A program made the position numbers and the translations under genes. Shown here piece after piece: positions 26,340-39,650 of a stretch of 64,000 nucleotides of DNA. The DNA lies in NCBI RefSeq assembly GCF_006345805.1, contig NW_021833817.1, forward strand, positions 1 through 64,000. The letters run 5' to 3'. This DNA comes from Octopus sinensis. Its lineage: Eukaryota. The notes under the pieces are model-generated. The model saw nothing but the letters and a program-made list of their open reading frames with translations. It was not told the DNA's origin and did no database searches. Every line of letters starts with the position of its first letter. Position 1 is the stretch's first letter.

Positions 26340-27420
26340 TGACGTTGCGTTGCCTCTCACGATAGCAAAGGAGATCAACTAGAGAAGCCACCGGGTCTCT
26401 CGTGTGGCGTAGCTTTTTAATGTAACTAAACGTCCAAGCATCTTTAGGAAGCGAAGCGATTTCCCACTTATTCCTCCAGTTGTCTCGACCACAATCGGAC
26501 AGAACACGAATCGGTCTCGCGGCGCTTCATATTTGCTCTCCTTTGCCCTCATCGTTTTTTCCGCGGCATACAGTCTGTCCACTGCGCTCCCGGCAATGTT
26601 AGACGGGCAGAGAGTGTCGATATAAGTTGTGTTCCAGACTAGGGGTTTCCCCTCTTCAAATGGAAAAATTGTGATCCCATCAGGACGTTTTCCATCTCCT
26701 CTGTCAAGCTCGACCAGTTCAAGTACGGCGGGGTATCCTGCAGACTCCAGGGCTAGCTTGACAATTTCGTTGGTCGCCTTGTGTCTTGGGAATCGTCCTG
26801 CACTTCTTCGATAAGAGAGAGCATGGTGTCCATAACAATCGACGATGGCCCCACACCGGAATTTGTGAGTCCGGCAAATCTCCACTCCAAGTCTGATGCA
26901 GATGCTGACAGTATCGTCGTCAAGGTGGGTTCCGACACTATCAACGGGGAGTGCGTTGATCTAAGCTCCACTCGATTCGCATCTTTCAGTCACTAGACAG
27001 GCACGTCTGTGTTGATTTGATTGATTCCGAGGGCTCTCATATTTATCCTCGCAGATGGTCCTGTAACAATATTTCTTCTCAGGCATCATCTCCCTCGAAT
27101 GCTTTATGTCTGTGATTTCAGATGATTCAGTTTGGAGAATCATCCTGATCAGCAGTCGGCTGGAGTCCAAAGAGGATAGATATGCGGGCAAGCTAGATCT
27201 TTCGGAGAAGGGATTCCCAGTCCGCCCAGGTTAACAGTTAGGGTAGCTTGGTCCCACCCTTGGTCGTTGAATTTCACATTGGTGATGCGTTCAATGGTGG
27301 TTTGAAAGACACACTCAATATCGTCGAGCTGTTGCATTTTCAGGTAGTAGGGTGCACCCGAAGAACGTAATTCAGCTTCTGTGCTAACAAGGTGTTTCTT
27401 AGCAGGGAAGTATGTACGTA
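26340..27420 (-). mobile_element. Degenerate CRE-clade retrotransposon
   Basis: LTVNLGGLGIPSPKDLA, CGAIVDCYGHHALS...RHKATNEIV, DGKRPDG and WLL*LISFAIVRGN. Confidence 0.88.
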
Positions 27421-27959
27421 CAACATCTTCAGACGTCTGAATGTTGTTTTTAGCTATTAGAGTGTTACTGATTCCAGCATCATTGAAAGGGCATCTAGTT
27501 GTTCTGATTTGGTTTCTGTGGCTTTAGACATGATCTCTCTGAATGTATCAAGAATCTGGTTCCATTCAGGCTGCGAAAATCCAAAATTGATAAATTTACA
27601 CTTATTGGTGTTTAGGGTTGGGCATAGGGATTCCAATTGGGCTATCAGACTTTAGTACATCCTTCGTTTTCTTAGGCTTTCTTGCCTGACATTGGCAGCA
27701 TTGAGAGGATAAAATTAAATAAATAACATTTAGTATTGTCAGTCTGTTTGAATCCCATCTTTCCTTAGGCAGTAACGAAGCTTTTTCTGTTTTCTGTTTG
27801 AATTCACATAGTTTACTTTTTATACTTTTTTAAATAGAAAATTAAATTTTGAATAATTATTTTTTAATTTTGTTAAAAAACAAACATTATAAGTGCAAAA
27901 TTGAAAAGTCCAGATAAAATTAGTTTTTAATTAGTGCGTTTGCTTTTAGTCGATCCTTT

Positions 27960-28950
27960 TTTTCGAGCCTGAGCCAATATCTTTGAAGGTCACATTTATT
28001 GACTTTTTAGAGCAGGTCACTCGGGGAAGCTTTCTCCGTTGTTGCCTTGACGATCTTCATGTGCACATCCCAAACGTATATTCTGTTTATATGCTCTTTA
28101 ATGTTTTTTGGATGATCACAGACTTAATGTAAGCTCGTGCGGGTCCTTAGAGACGAATCGAATGTAGTGATGTATGTAGAATTTACTTATAGCACAGTCC
28201 CACGTTAGTAGAAGTGCTATTATAGTAGCCTTTGCATTGTTGATTACTCCCAGTTCACTGGAAGGCAAATGCAGATGTATACACTTCACTACTTTGTTGT
28301 GTCTTCATAAGTTTTCACTACTTAGCATTCGACCACACCTCGTCGCTAAGTGATCAACTGTCTTCGTGGCTGAATTACAGTGACTGGACAATGTTCCAGC
28401 ATTGTCTAGAAAAATAGGTTACGGTCCTGTATTGGACATCGAAGCTTCTCAGTTGTCGGGGAGTTATATTTCTATGAATAACCAATGAGCGGATTCATCA
28501 ATATTGACGTTGGGATCATTCAAATACTTGAAGAGAATTGCACGCAATAGTTTTTTCCTTATTTGCCCAGTCAAGCGGTTTTTCTGCACTTTCTTCAGCA
28601 AGTTCAAATCACGGTCCCAAGATTCTTGGATGCTTTATTTACGCTGGAGGTATTTCGCGATTGTGGCCAAGTGATTTTTCTTTACATGAGTGGCCCGCAG
28701 AATCCTATCTTTCTTTAGGCAGTAACGAGACTTTTTCTCAAAATCATGAATTGGAGAAGTATCCGTTCACTTTTATTGACAGTGGACACGAGTTGGCCTC
28801 TTGGGAGGTAAAGTCTTTCTTTGTCTGCATAAAGATATTGCACACACTTTGTCAATCTGTTCAAATTCAGTTGATTCAATATTGACGAGCTCAATGTAGT
28901 AGTTGTAGAGCGACAATTCGTGCTAATTCATGGCTTTAAGTTGTAAAAAT
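27960..28950 (-). mobile_element. Degenerate R4/Dong-like RLE retrotransposon C-terminal part
   Basis: Frames DKERLYLPRG, CNSATKTVDHLATRCGRML and RHNKVVKCIHL are homologous to 31173-31670. Confidence 0.7.
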
Positions 28951-29299
28951 CAATTTTGTCTTCGAAAGATTGTCAATCCTCTTTTTTATTCCCCAAAGAC
29001 TGTGTTTAGTACTTTGTTTTTCAATACTTCACTTCATTATCTTCTAGGACTTCAAAGTATCTGTAACCATCCCATCAAGCAATTTAGCTTCAGACCGAAG
29101 GTCAGCCAGGTTAGTTGCAGACTTTTCGACATTTTTTAGTCCGGCGGCTCCGAAGAAATTATTTACCTCGTTCTTTATATTCATCATTGTATTTTCTTTT
29201 CGTTAAAATATTTTTAGGTCATCCATGAAAAATAAGTGGTTTATTTTTTATTAACCTACAAGCTTGCATAGCAAAACCAGCACAAACAGTCATAGCTAA

Positions 29300-29660
29300 C
29301 TAATCGAATGAAGAAGGCAAGGAAAGAAGGAACTGTCTGTGCCGATTAGCATTAGCCTCCAAATCTTCAATACAGCCTTCCGGATCCAAAGAGAGGTGGG
29401 TAATATCTGGTGCGCCCAGTTTGCATTTGTCAGCCTCCTACCGTTGCTCACCGCAGATCATTTGTTTTCGAAAGGGTTTTACATAATGGAGATTTTTCAT
29501 TGGTAATGTGATCAAATGAAGGTAGGAGATTCTCTTTCTACATTTATGTCGTGCCAGATGGAGTCGTCGCCTCACGGGTGAAAACGCAAACTTGCTTCTT
29601 TCGGAATTGAACCCACGACATTCATATTCCAACATCCATAGCAATTGGGCTAAAAGGTAA
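29300..29660 (-). mobile_element. Second copy of the candidate tRNA-headed SINE
   Basis: A box TAGCCCAATTG (29642-29652), B box GGTTCAATTCC (29603-29613), core CCCGTGAGGCGACGA...CTGGCACGACA (29547-29578). Confidence 0.6.
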
Positions 29661-30989
29661 TGCTAATACTGTTCAAAAATACAAAGTAGGTGGTTTTTTG
29701 TGTATGTAATAAAACCGTGGACTTGATTATCCATCACAACTTTTGGGTACTTTTGTTAGAATTCTACTGAGGGGTCCATTGCAAGTGCAAAGATTCCATT
29801 GGTTGTTGAAAGTAATTTTCCATCAAAATATTTGCCGGAGTTGTGAATCAATTGATAGAATATAACAAACCAATCTCCATTTTGTTATTTGAATCTCCCT
29901 GGCAGTGGGTTTAAGTTGAATCTTTTTTCTAGTTTGATATTTGATTTGTTAATTGGTAGTTCTTGTTTATGATGTTTCGTAGTTGGCTCCAATACATTAC
30001 TTCGAAAATTTTTGCAAAATTTAATAAGCAATTATCCGAATAAATTAAAATTATAATTAATTAGTGCTTTTGTTTCTAGATCGGTTCAAATAAAAATTGA
30101 TTTTCTCCTCTAAAACTTGATCCAACTGTTAAATTCTGTTGCTCACACCACTGTCATTTAGTATATGCTCCTCTTCGTTTAACAAATATTCAATCAGCCA
30201 ATATTCAATATTCTGAAGCCGGTCAAGAATATTATCATTGTCTAAATTCATTATTCTTTAAATTTTCTATTTCTTGTCGAAGTCTGTCGAGAAAATTATT
30301 ATTTCTATTTTTGGAAAAATGCTCCCCGCCCGTCCCGCACTTGCGTTGGATCCAGAGTCCAACATCGGGAAAAGCTGAGAAAGATCTTGAGGATTGTTGG
30401 AATCACCTAATTAATTACCCTAATTAACTGTTGGTGATTCTTTGGTTAAATAAAAAATCCCTTTATTCATCAATTAAAACACAGTCGTCATGTTTTTTGG
30501 TGAATGTAAAACTTCTATTATACTTAATTCGGTTTCCACGGTGGAAGTGGAAAAGAAGCGTAAGTACGACCTTCTTGCAAACGAGCTTGGGTTAATCTTG
30601 GTTAATTGTTGTTAATCTCATTTAGTATTGGAAATGGTATAGAGCACTTACTCATGTTAGACAAAAAAACACGCGGTATGAATATTTGGAAAATTATTTT
30701 TTAATAATAAATTTTATTTTTTTGAATATCGAAACGTGGCGAGTAAGGGAATCTGGCGAGCAACGGAATTTCATTAGTAAAAATGGCATTTTTTCCAAAA
30801 ATGACGAGTTATAGAAATGGCAAGTAATAAAATTGGCAAGCAATAGAGAGTAAACTGTAATAAAATTTTTGGAAATTATATGTAATTTTTTTGCTTTGCG
30901 ATTCAATGTGAAATCATATGAGATTTTTAAATGAGTACCGTATTATAATTAATAGTTATTCCGTTTTCTTTATTTGTAGTGTTTTATTC

Positions 30990-31670
30990 CATCAACCTCA
31001 CCCTCTTAGGGCCCACGTTCAGTGCACGGATGGACAGATTCATGTCAACGCGCAGTCTAGATTCAGGGCCTACCTCTTCAACAGGCATCGATAACCCGTG
31101 CCTTGTCTCGGCCTGCATGCTTTCTAAGGTCTTTCGCAAGCAACACCAGTCTCTGAATGTATGCCTTCACCGTCAATGGTTTTTTAAGTATTTTGACACT
31201 ATTTCGTCCCAGGTCATGACGACGAGTACGATCTTTAACTTTGCCCGGTGGATCGCTTCCAGTTCATTTGCCAGCAAGTCGTATTTGTGGAAGTTTTCCA
31301 TTTCGACCTGCTTGAGACAATTCTGTGAAGTGATCTGCACCCCGATAAGCGTAATTGTGTTGCTCGATTTTTTGTGAACAAATATGTCGGGTTTTTTATT
31401 TGGGATAGCATTATCAGTCTGGAGGTTTGTATCGACTCGGATTTTTACAAATTCATTTTTGGTAACAGATTGGACTGAATGGGTTTTTAATTTTTTCGAC
31501 TTTTTAATTCCATATTGGTGACATATATGTAAATGCAAGCATTTGACCACTTCGTTATGGCGTCTTAGATAGGGACCATTAAGCATTCGCCCACATCTGG
31601 TAGCAAGGTGATCGACGGTCTTCTTGGATGAGTTGCAGTGGCTGCATTTATTTCCTCCGTTGTTGAAAGA
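30990..31670 (-). mobile_element. R4/Dong-like RLE retrotransposon 3' part
   Basis: CSHCNSSKKTVDHLATRC (CCHC), RHNEVV, KPDIF and KYDLLANEL. Small pieces of the same family lie at 30535-30600 (+) and 44210-44300 (+). Confidence 0.85.
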
Positions 31671-33409
31671 TTTTTAATAATAGAAAATTAATGTAAAATT
31701 TGAAGTCAAATCTTTTTTGTTCAAAAAATTTCTTCAGCATCACCTAGTAGTAAGTCGAGTTTTTTATGTGCCTCTAGCATTTATCATTTATTGACTTTGT
31801 GCGATCGATCTTTGTATAGTTAGTTTTCAGAATATTTATAGCCCCATTTATTCAAAATAGCTTGTGCTTTGAGCCTCTTGCTTTGTAGACCTTCGAGAGA
31901 GTGCATCTTGTTGACTAAATGTCAGGAAAGAACTTTATTGGCAAACATCAAACGAGATACTTTAAGAGTCCTTTCAAGAAAAGTTGACTGTATATTGGCC
32001 TCTTGCACAGACTTATTTACACCTAATTGATTTTAGTACTCCTTGTGGTGTTTAATGACCAGTCCATCTTAGGTACACACAGAATGACATGGACTTTGCA
32101 TCGGTATATCAGCCCTGGCTTGTTCGAAAGATGGTCATATTTCCACTTTTTCTCAAGTTTACTGTCTAAAAACAATCTAGCCAAACAATGCTTACCTCAC
32201 GATAACAATCATCCTGGTGATTTTAGTGTAATAAACAAAACAAAGAACTTTCATATAAATTTGACTAGTTTATAATCGACGAATGCAGTCAACTCGGTTT
32301 ATTTTAACTAATAATTAAGCATTGGAAGAAATCTATTGGAAAGGACATACTCTGGCCAGAAAGTGTATAACGGTAGGTGATTTTAATTAATTCCCACTGA
32401 CAGTCCTTTCCTCTAAGTAATTATGAGCATATTTATGTAAAGTAAAAAGAAAGATTTTTTGAGTGTCTATAATAGAGAGAGTAGCTAAAATATGTCTCAA
32501 GAATGTTAAAATGTTAATTATTTAGTACAGAGCAAACACAGAAGGTACTTCAGTCCATGAGAATTAATCAAGAATCCAAATAAAAATTGAGTCTTTTTAA
32601 TTTGAAATGTTTTTTACGGGGCAGGAAAGCTTTGTAGTAAGTTCACAAACTGATTGATGCAGCGTCAACATTCACTGCATAAGTTAAAGAAATTGTCAGA
32701 ATTCAAAAAATGTTCAGATTAAAAGCGTCTACTTTTTTAAAGGAAAGGAAAAGAAAGCCCTAATTATTTATATAAAAGAAATAATTTTGTTTAGATTTGG
32801 TTGTGTCTTTATCAGATTTTAGAAGGGTCGACATCTCATTGATTTAGTCGGAGAAGACTCAAGCAAACAGAGTGAAAAAATTAAATAAATACTTGTGATG
32901 AAGAAAAAACTTAGAAAGCGTAGTAGTATACAGAGACTGGAATTATCAAGAAAAGTTGCCATTGAAGACTGGATTAATGCTTTGGAGAGGAGAGCGGAGT
33001 TCAATATGTCAATAGAAGGGTTGTCTCTGCCTACTCAAGTTGCTTAGTCCTCTGAGTCGAGTAAGTGTCTAAAGATTTGGGACAAGTGTCGGGCTGTGGC
33101 TGAATTGATTCCGGGGAATATATCTATAGAAGAGTTGTGTCGAGTGATCCTATGTGGTATGATTAGTAGGACTTGGGTGGTCTGGGAGTCGTTAAAAATA
33201 TGATTGGCGTAGAGAATCAATTGGGCACTGAGGGTTATGATCAAGTCCGGGAGTGGTTGGATGCTATTGAGGCAATTTATCTTTTAAGTTTACTAATTAT
33301 TTTGAAAACTATTGGAATTGAATATAGGAACAAAAATCTCCAATAAATAATTGTTTTAATAAATGATAGTAATGAATTAAAAGTATAAATAACTAAAAAA
33401 TCCTCATTT

Positions 33410-34261
33410 TAAATTGGGTAAAGATTGTGTCGTCCGATCCCACACTGTTCTTATTTCTTGAGATTTTTATATTACCTTTCTCTCCGTAGTAACGAGACTA
33501 ACTGCCAATAAAACGATCGACTTTACCTATTCTTGATACTCTTTTCCATTCTCAATTCCATAACCAAAAACCACTACGACGTGTTCTGTACAATTTCCAC
33601 AATTAGGATTGTCGTGAACTCCTTAATTTAGAACATTCAGGATTACCTTTTCTATAAAGTTAAATTGATGACACTGAACCACGGATAGTTACAGTGATCG
33701 GTCCAATGTTGATTAGTGCTTTCATTAACTCGGATTCTGATGCAAATGTTTTGAATCCAGTCATTTTTACAACATTTTTTCTATATCTGCAAAACCAATT
33801 CTAAAGATTGACATGGGATTGTACACCATGGGTTCATAAGGGTACATTTCTTCGGTATTTATGCCACCATATTCATTATGTACTGAAATACACTCAATAT
33901 GGAGCCCCATGTCCATGCGGCCAATCCAATACAGTCAATTACATTTTGCACGCTGAAGCTAACAAGTTTGCCGTATTTAATAACGGATTGGCCTTCAAAA
34001 CTTTATAACTACTAATTAATTAGTGTCCAATACAGCTCCAAATATAAAACAGGATTCACATTTTCCTTAATTCTTAACATCAGTGACAACATTACGATCC
34101 ATCCAACTAAAGTTAACTGGGAAGTCATAATTATCTCCAAATTCCGGCTTGGAGCTAAATTCTTGAAATTCGCCTGAATGAGATTTTTTATGCATTTCTC
34201 CGAATTCCTGATTAGTTAGAGAGGCGATGAAATACCATTTCTCCCTTCTTTCGTATTTCAA
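33410..34261 (-). pseudogene. Papain-family (cathepsin L-like) cysteine protease relic with micro-introns
   Basis: FPVNFSW..RNVVTDVKN*GKCESC, SFSVQNVIDC, GINTEEMYPY, ALINIGPITV, EHVVVVFGYG, KNS|*. Introns of about 25 nt. Stops at conserved Gln and Trp positions. Confidence 0.85.
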
Positions 34262-34453
34262 ATTGTGTTGATCAATTAATTCGAGGTTGCTTCGAAATGT
34301 AGCCCGTCTCCGACTCTTCCGTGTGGTTGATATTTTTTGTCTACAAAAGTTTGTTTAATGAACAACTAAATCAGGGGTGCGCAAGTGCGGCCGTGAGTCG
34401 ATGAATGTGCGGCCGTGGGCACAATTAGGTCATCGAGCAACTAATCTTAAATA

Positions 34454-35092
34454 CACCCCTCGACATTAAAATCCGGACAGTTAATAAATCGTCAGTTTTA
34501 TTATCAATTTTATTAAATTAAAAACTTAAGCATGCTAATATCATCTATATTTTTTAATTTTATAATATTTATCCATAAATCTTTTTAAAATATTGAGAAT
34601 AAAGCAAAAACCGATTTTTCCAGACAAAAAATTCCGGACAAATGTCAAAAAATAAAATATCAGTCATTAATATGCTTTCCTCTCGATTTATATAACTCTA
34701 AACTACGAGTTTTCATCGAATCTATTAATTTTCGATTAAAATAAATTTGAATTTTATTCCAAATTTCTAATATTTTATATATTGTCATGAGTTTATTTTT
34801 TCATCGATGAAACATAACGAACCCATTCCAAAATATGTAAAGCATCCCGAGATCACAATTTTTCCGCCACCGCACTTAACAGTGGGTGATAATTTGAATT
34901 TTTGAATTCATTTCCCCTTTTTCTGTATATTATTTTTCTTTTTGGTGCATAATAAACTTTAAAAGTACACTCGTCTGAAAAAATGATTGATCTCCATCCT
35001 TCATCATACATACCAACGAATATTTTCGATATTTCATATCTTTTGAGTATGTTTTTTTACTTAACAATGGTTTTTTCTTTGCTACTCTTCCA
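34454..35092 (-). mobile_element. Internally deleted copy of the 7871-9232 Tc1
   Basis: Same TIR (TA|CACCCCTCGACATTAAAATCCGG) and colinear pieces with two internal deletions. It follows a hAT-like left end CAGGGGTG near 34372. Confidence 0.9.
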
Positions 35093-35757
35093 AATAAAAC
35101 ATTCATGTTTAAATTGCAAAGTGGCTTAACAATGTCGAAGATTTACACTTTTTGTGTCGTGATAAGTCAACACTTCTAAACATTGCTTAACGTGTATAAA
35201 AATTTTGTTCGCCTTAACACAAATACCTTACATTTAAATTGGCTAAACTGCTTTGGCGGATCATTAAGGAGTTTTTGTGCTTCAAATATAAGAATAACAT
35301 TCCTGATCGGGGAAACGGTACTGTTAGGTCAGCTACATGCCACTTTTTAGTGTTTAATTAAATACTAAATAATTATGGTCAAAAATTAAATTAATGAAAA
35401 TTTTTTGTCACAGTCCAGGGCTGCGAGACGCCAGGGCTGCGAGGTTTTGAAAATATTAATAATGTTTAAAAAAATTACATTTCTGAAGTTCTTTTGTTGA
35501 TCTCTTCAATAAATATCTGAAATTATTAATTTTTTCTTAATTATTTCAGAGATTGTGATTTCATGAAAACCAACATAACACCGAAATAATTGATTTAACG
35601 TAGCGTTTTTTGATTCTATTAAAAAATTCATGGAAAATGGTTAACCAAACTAATTTTTGCGACGAAATTTATTAAAAATATTAATTAAAATTTATAATAT
35701 TAAACTTATAAGACTAAACTAACCGACAGCCCTACGGGCAGATCTTTCAGCTTGCTA

Positions 35758-36299
35758 CTAGACCCTATGCGGCCTTCGGCCGCGGTATTTTTGATACCCT
35801 AACTTTCTAGAGAGGTATTTTTCCAAAACATTCTCTTGGGCTCAAAAAAATAAAAATCAAAAAATTAAGGAAATTTAAGTTATTACAACTTTTTTACCCT
35901 AACCTAACCCTACCCCTAACCTAACCCTAACTCTACCCCTAACCTAACCCTACCCCTAACCCAACCCTAACCCTACCCCTAACCTAACCCTACCCCTAAC
36001 CCACCCCTAACCTAACCCTACCCCTAACCTAACCCTACCCCTAACCTACCCCTAACCTAACCCTAACCCCTAACCTAACCCTACTCCTAACCTAACCCCT
36101 AACCTAACCCTACTCCTAACCTAACCCCTAACCTAACCCTACCCCTAACCTAACCCTAACCTAACCCTACCCCTAACCTAACCCTTAAATCAACAAGATC
36201 TATAAGCTTCCTCGATACAAAAGAATCGCAACTCTCGACCATTTTTAGCAATGTAGGCTGCGGAATTCTTGAAAGTGAAACTTTCAGCATATCGCTTGA
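35758..36299 (-). mobile_element. Helitron-like non-autonomous insert carrying the telomere-like array
   Basis: Minus-strand hairpin GCGGCC-GAA-GGCCGC (35769-35783), then CTAG|T at 35758. The 5' A|TC candidate at 36299 is uncertain. Confidence 0.6.
35897..36185. repeat. Interstitial telomere-like compound repeat, ~17-bp unit CCCTAACCTAACCCTAC
   Basis: About 290 bp of mixed CCCTAA / CCTAA / CCCTAC units. Confidence 0.95.
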
Positions 36300-37289
36300 T
36301 TTTTTTCAAGTGTTAATTCCACTAGAACCATTTTTATAATTAATATTTAAATTAAAATTATATAATAAGTTTTATTTTTTTATTATTAATAATTTTTTCC
36401 AATGAAAAGTTTTCTAAAAAAAATATTTTTTTTGCATTTTAAGCATTGACCTCGCAGCCCTGGACGGCTCGCAGCCCTGGACTGTGACATTTTTTAACGG
36501 AAAAGGTTAGATGCTAGCTTGGGTAGATGGCTGAAAGAGTTTTTAGGGTGGTAACCTCCTTTGTAAGATTAAATTAATGTTAAGTAACACAACATATTGG
36601 ATCTCTGCTGAGGCGGAAAACATTGTTATGAGAAGATTTGACAGCTTTATGTGACATGAGTTTAGAAATCCTTAATCAGCAAGTCGTTCCATCATCCTCA
36701 TCACTACTTTTGTCAAAAGAACAACTCCCGCATTAGAATGAGACAAACTCTGAGTAAAACGTTCACAAATTCTAAATTAGTTCCACGTCTAAAGTGGGTA
36801 CGTCCGATCAATTAAACTTAATTAATAAACAAGTTAAAACACCTTTCGTTATGTTCTATCTACATTTGTTTGAATTGAAAGTGAAACACGTTAATTAATG
36901 AATTATTTTCTTCTTATTATAAATTATTTAAAAATTGTTGTAATATAAAAAGCATCATATTTTTTTTATAAATTTGGATTTTTCTTGACGTTATTCGCAT
37001 TTATCATTTATTTATTTTTATTTCATAAAAAATGTAAATAATTTTTTGCCGGCATACCATATTTACCCAGATAAAATATTAGCATAACTTTGTCTTCAGT
37101 TTGTCATGTCGGGCCAGTGTTTGTTTGTAAGGAATCAAGATGAATAATTGAGATGTAAACTCAATAATAGTGATGTCGATCTTCTCAAACATAAGAAGTA
37201 TCGACTCAAAAAAGCAGAAAATTTTCCAATTAAAGAGTGGAAACTATATCTTAAAAATGTAAATGGCCTACACAAGCTTTTAATTGCTT

Positions 37290-37435
37290 CCAAGAGCTTG
37301 GAAGAGATGAAAATAATTGCATGTGAAATTTATGAAACCAATCATTATGGACATTTGGAACCCTTTGTTATATTGAGACGACAGATCATTAGCCAAGTTG
37401 TTAAAGAATCCAATATCTGCAATTTTCAGTTCTAA
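37290..37435 (+). mobile_element. Integrase HHCC zinc-binding remnant (Gypsy/Ginger-like)
   Basis: EIYETNHYG...IISQVVKESNIC resembles the H..H.G...V..C..C motif, degenerate. Confidence 0.35.
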
Positions 37436-38194
37436 TGAAACAATATGATGATTCAACAAAGATAAATTTGAATTCAACTTCCTAAAAATCAAATTAGATT
37501 CTCCGTATAATAAAAAAATAAACAGAAAGTGAATTTATAACAATATAAATTAAACATTGGAGATATAGTCTTTATTTTATAATTAGTTATAGGATTCGGA
37601 TTCAAAACAGGACAGGAGTTCAGATTTTTCAGCTCTTATTTTATAGGTTTTCTGAGAAATTGAGCTATATTATCAATAAGCGAATTTTAACGCATATACT
37701 TTCTACAAATATTAATTTTTTTGAATAAATAAAAATATCTGATTATTTCATCAGCGTGTTGTTTTAATGTTACTGTTTTCGAACGTTGATTATTATTATT
37801 AAAACCACGTTCATAGAACCAAAGAATGTAAATTAACTAAGGTCCTGTTTGGGTCACACGTTAATCCACGAACGTTGATTCACGCCAAAGTGAACAGATT
37901 ATTCGAAACGAAAAATAGTTAAATTGTTCCCATTCAATTAATAAGTTAATTCAATTTAAAGCATCTTTTTAATGATATTTTTAGAGAGAGTTTATTCTAG
38001 TTAATTCCGATTTTTTTACTGGAAAATTTTATTTAAAAAATTAAGCCGGAAACGACAGCTATTCCGATTTGTTGGAACAATTATAGACACTTCCAAGGCT
38101 CCACACAACTTTTCCTCTAACTTTTTGATTAAAAAATTCGTTAGAGGGGCAGTTTCCCCTGATATCTCCAAGCGATAGGAAATATGCGATATCA

Positions 38195-38510
38195 TTGTTC
38201 AAGATTTGGATATTTGAAAATTTTTTTCTCCAACATCTGCTACAAAACCCGGAGAAACACCCAAAGAAATAATGTTAGTTTTGGAATTGGTGTCAACACA
38301 CTTTGAATTTAAAATCAACGATTTCCCACAAAAGTAAGGAAAAATTGTCATCCCATCGGGTCTTTTCCCATCTCCACAATCTATGTCCACTGACTCTAGC
38401 ACCAGGGGGAAGCCCGCTGACTCAAGAATTTGTAAGATAACATTGTTAGCAGCGGAGTGCCGAGAAGCTCGACCATAATGATTTGTTTGATATCCATAAT
38501 GATTTAGCGC
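38195..38510 (-). mobile_element. CRE RLE fragment
   Basis: RHSAANNVILQILESAGFPLVLESVDIDCGDGKRPDGMTIFPY. Confidence 0.85.
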
Positions 38511-39384
38511 AAAGTTTTTTTATTTGAAATTAATTAATTTGTTTAAATAACTAGAAATAAATAATACTAAATTTTCGTTTCAAATCGAGGTTTTTATTTA
38601 AAAGTTGACTCCGAGGTTTGTTCTAAATAAAAATCGGACTGTATGATTTTTATAATATTCTGAAACTTTTTTTATTATTTAAAATCATTTAACAACACAT
38701 TTATTAATTTTTATAATTAAAGTATGTCGGTTTTTACCGTGGAGTTGGTGTCTAAAAAAAGTATGTCCCAAAAACTTGATATCTTTTTTTCTTAATGATA
38801 GTGTTATTGTGTCACACTTAGGCTTTGCAAATAACTTCAAAACGGACCTACGAAAAAATAAGATGTCTATTTCGCCAACATGTTTCTTGGGACCGTTTCA
38901 TGTCATGCATAATTTGCAACAAGAAAAATTAGTGGCATGGAGATTCTTATATCGACAAATTACTCTATCAAAGCCGATGTCTACCAAATTATTCGAGCTT
39001 ATCCTTGCCAGAAGCACTTAAAGAACTGTCTTTGTGTTTCAATGAGGCATGTCAAGCTATATTAATACAGTTAGGGTCTACCCTGACCGTCATCTACCGA
39101 ATATCCTAAATATCACGTAAAGTGAGGACACAAGAAAAATTGTGTTCTTATTTGCAAAAAGACAGGTTGACTATGACAAGAGGCGAAGAATTCGACTATA
39201 TCATATCGTTTGAAAGAAGCTGGCAGTCAATCACATAAATTTCTGGAATTTAAAGAATGCAAATTATTTATCAAAAGTAGGACAATTTTGTAATAAAGAA
39301 AAAAATTGATTAAAACTTATGATTTTCAGTTAGAACTATTGAATAAATTATCTTCAGAGTTAAATTATATGTAAATCGATGCAC

Positions 39385-39650
39385 TCCCATCTTTTTATTC
39401 GTATTTCTACAATAAATGATTGATCCAAGGGCGGATACGGACATCAGCACGTTCTCGAGCGAGAATGAGTACACACACGTAACGTCCAAGGTAAGTGGAT
39501 TCCTTTTGTTGAAGGGAAACACAGTAATCCCGTCCGTTCTCTCCCGTTCCCCGATCGATCCCAGTGGGTTCGAGTATGGAGGGGATTCAGACGACTTCCA
39601 AGGCTCTCCTGAGATCATTTAGAGCCAAACGATGTTGATCGAGGGATGTG
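39385..39650 (-). mobile_element. CRE RLE fragment
   Basis: PPYSNPLGSI..RTDGITVFPFNKRNPLTLDVTCV. Confidence 0.8.

Larger units (their letters stand above)
35406..36489. mobile_element. Non-autonomous TIR element with TGT...ACA termini (Ginger-like ends)
   Basis: TIR TGTCACAGTCCAGGGCTGCGAG / CTCGCAGCCCTGGACTGTGACA, duplicated subterminal CCAGGGCTGCGAG at each end, T-run flanks. Confidence 0.85.

Noticed and set aside
35897-36185. True chromosome end or telomere fusion
   Set aside because: The array is internal, single-orientation and enclosed by matching TIRs.
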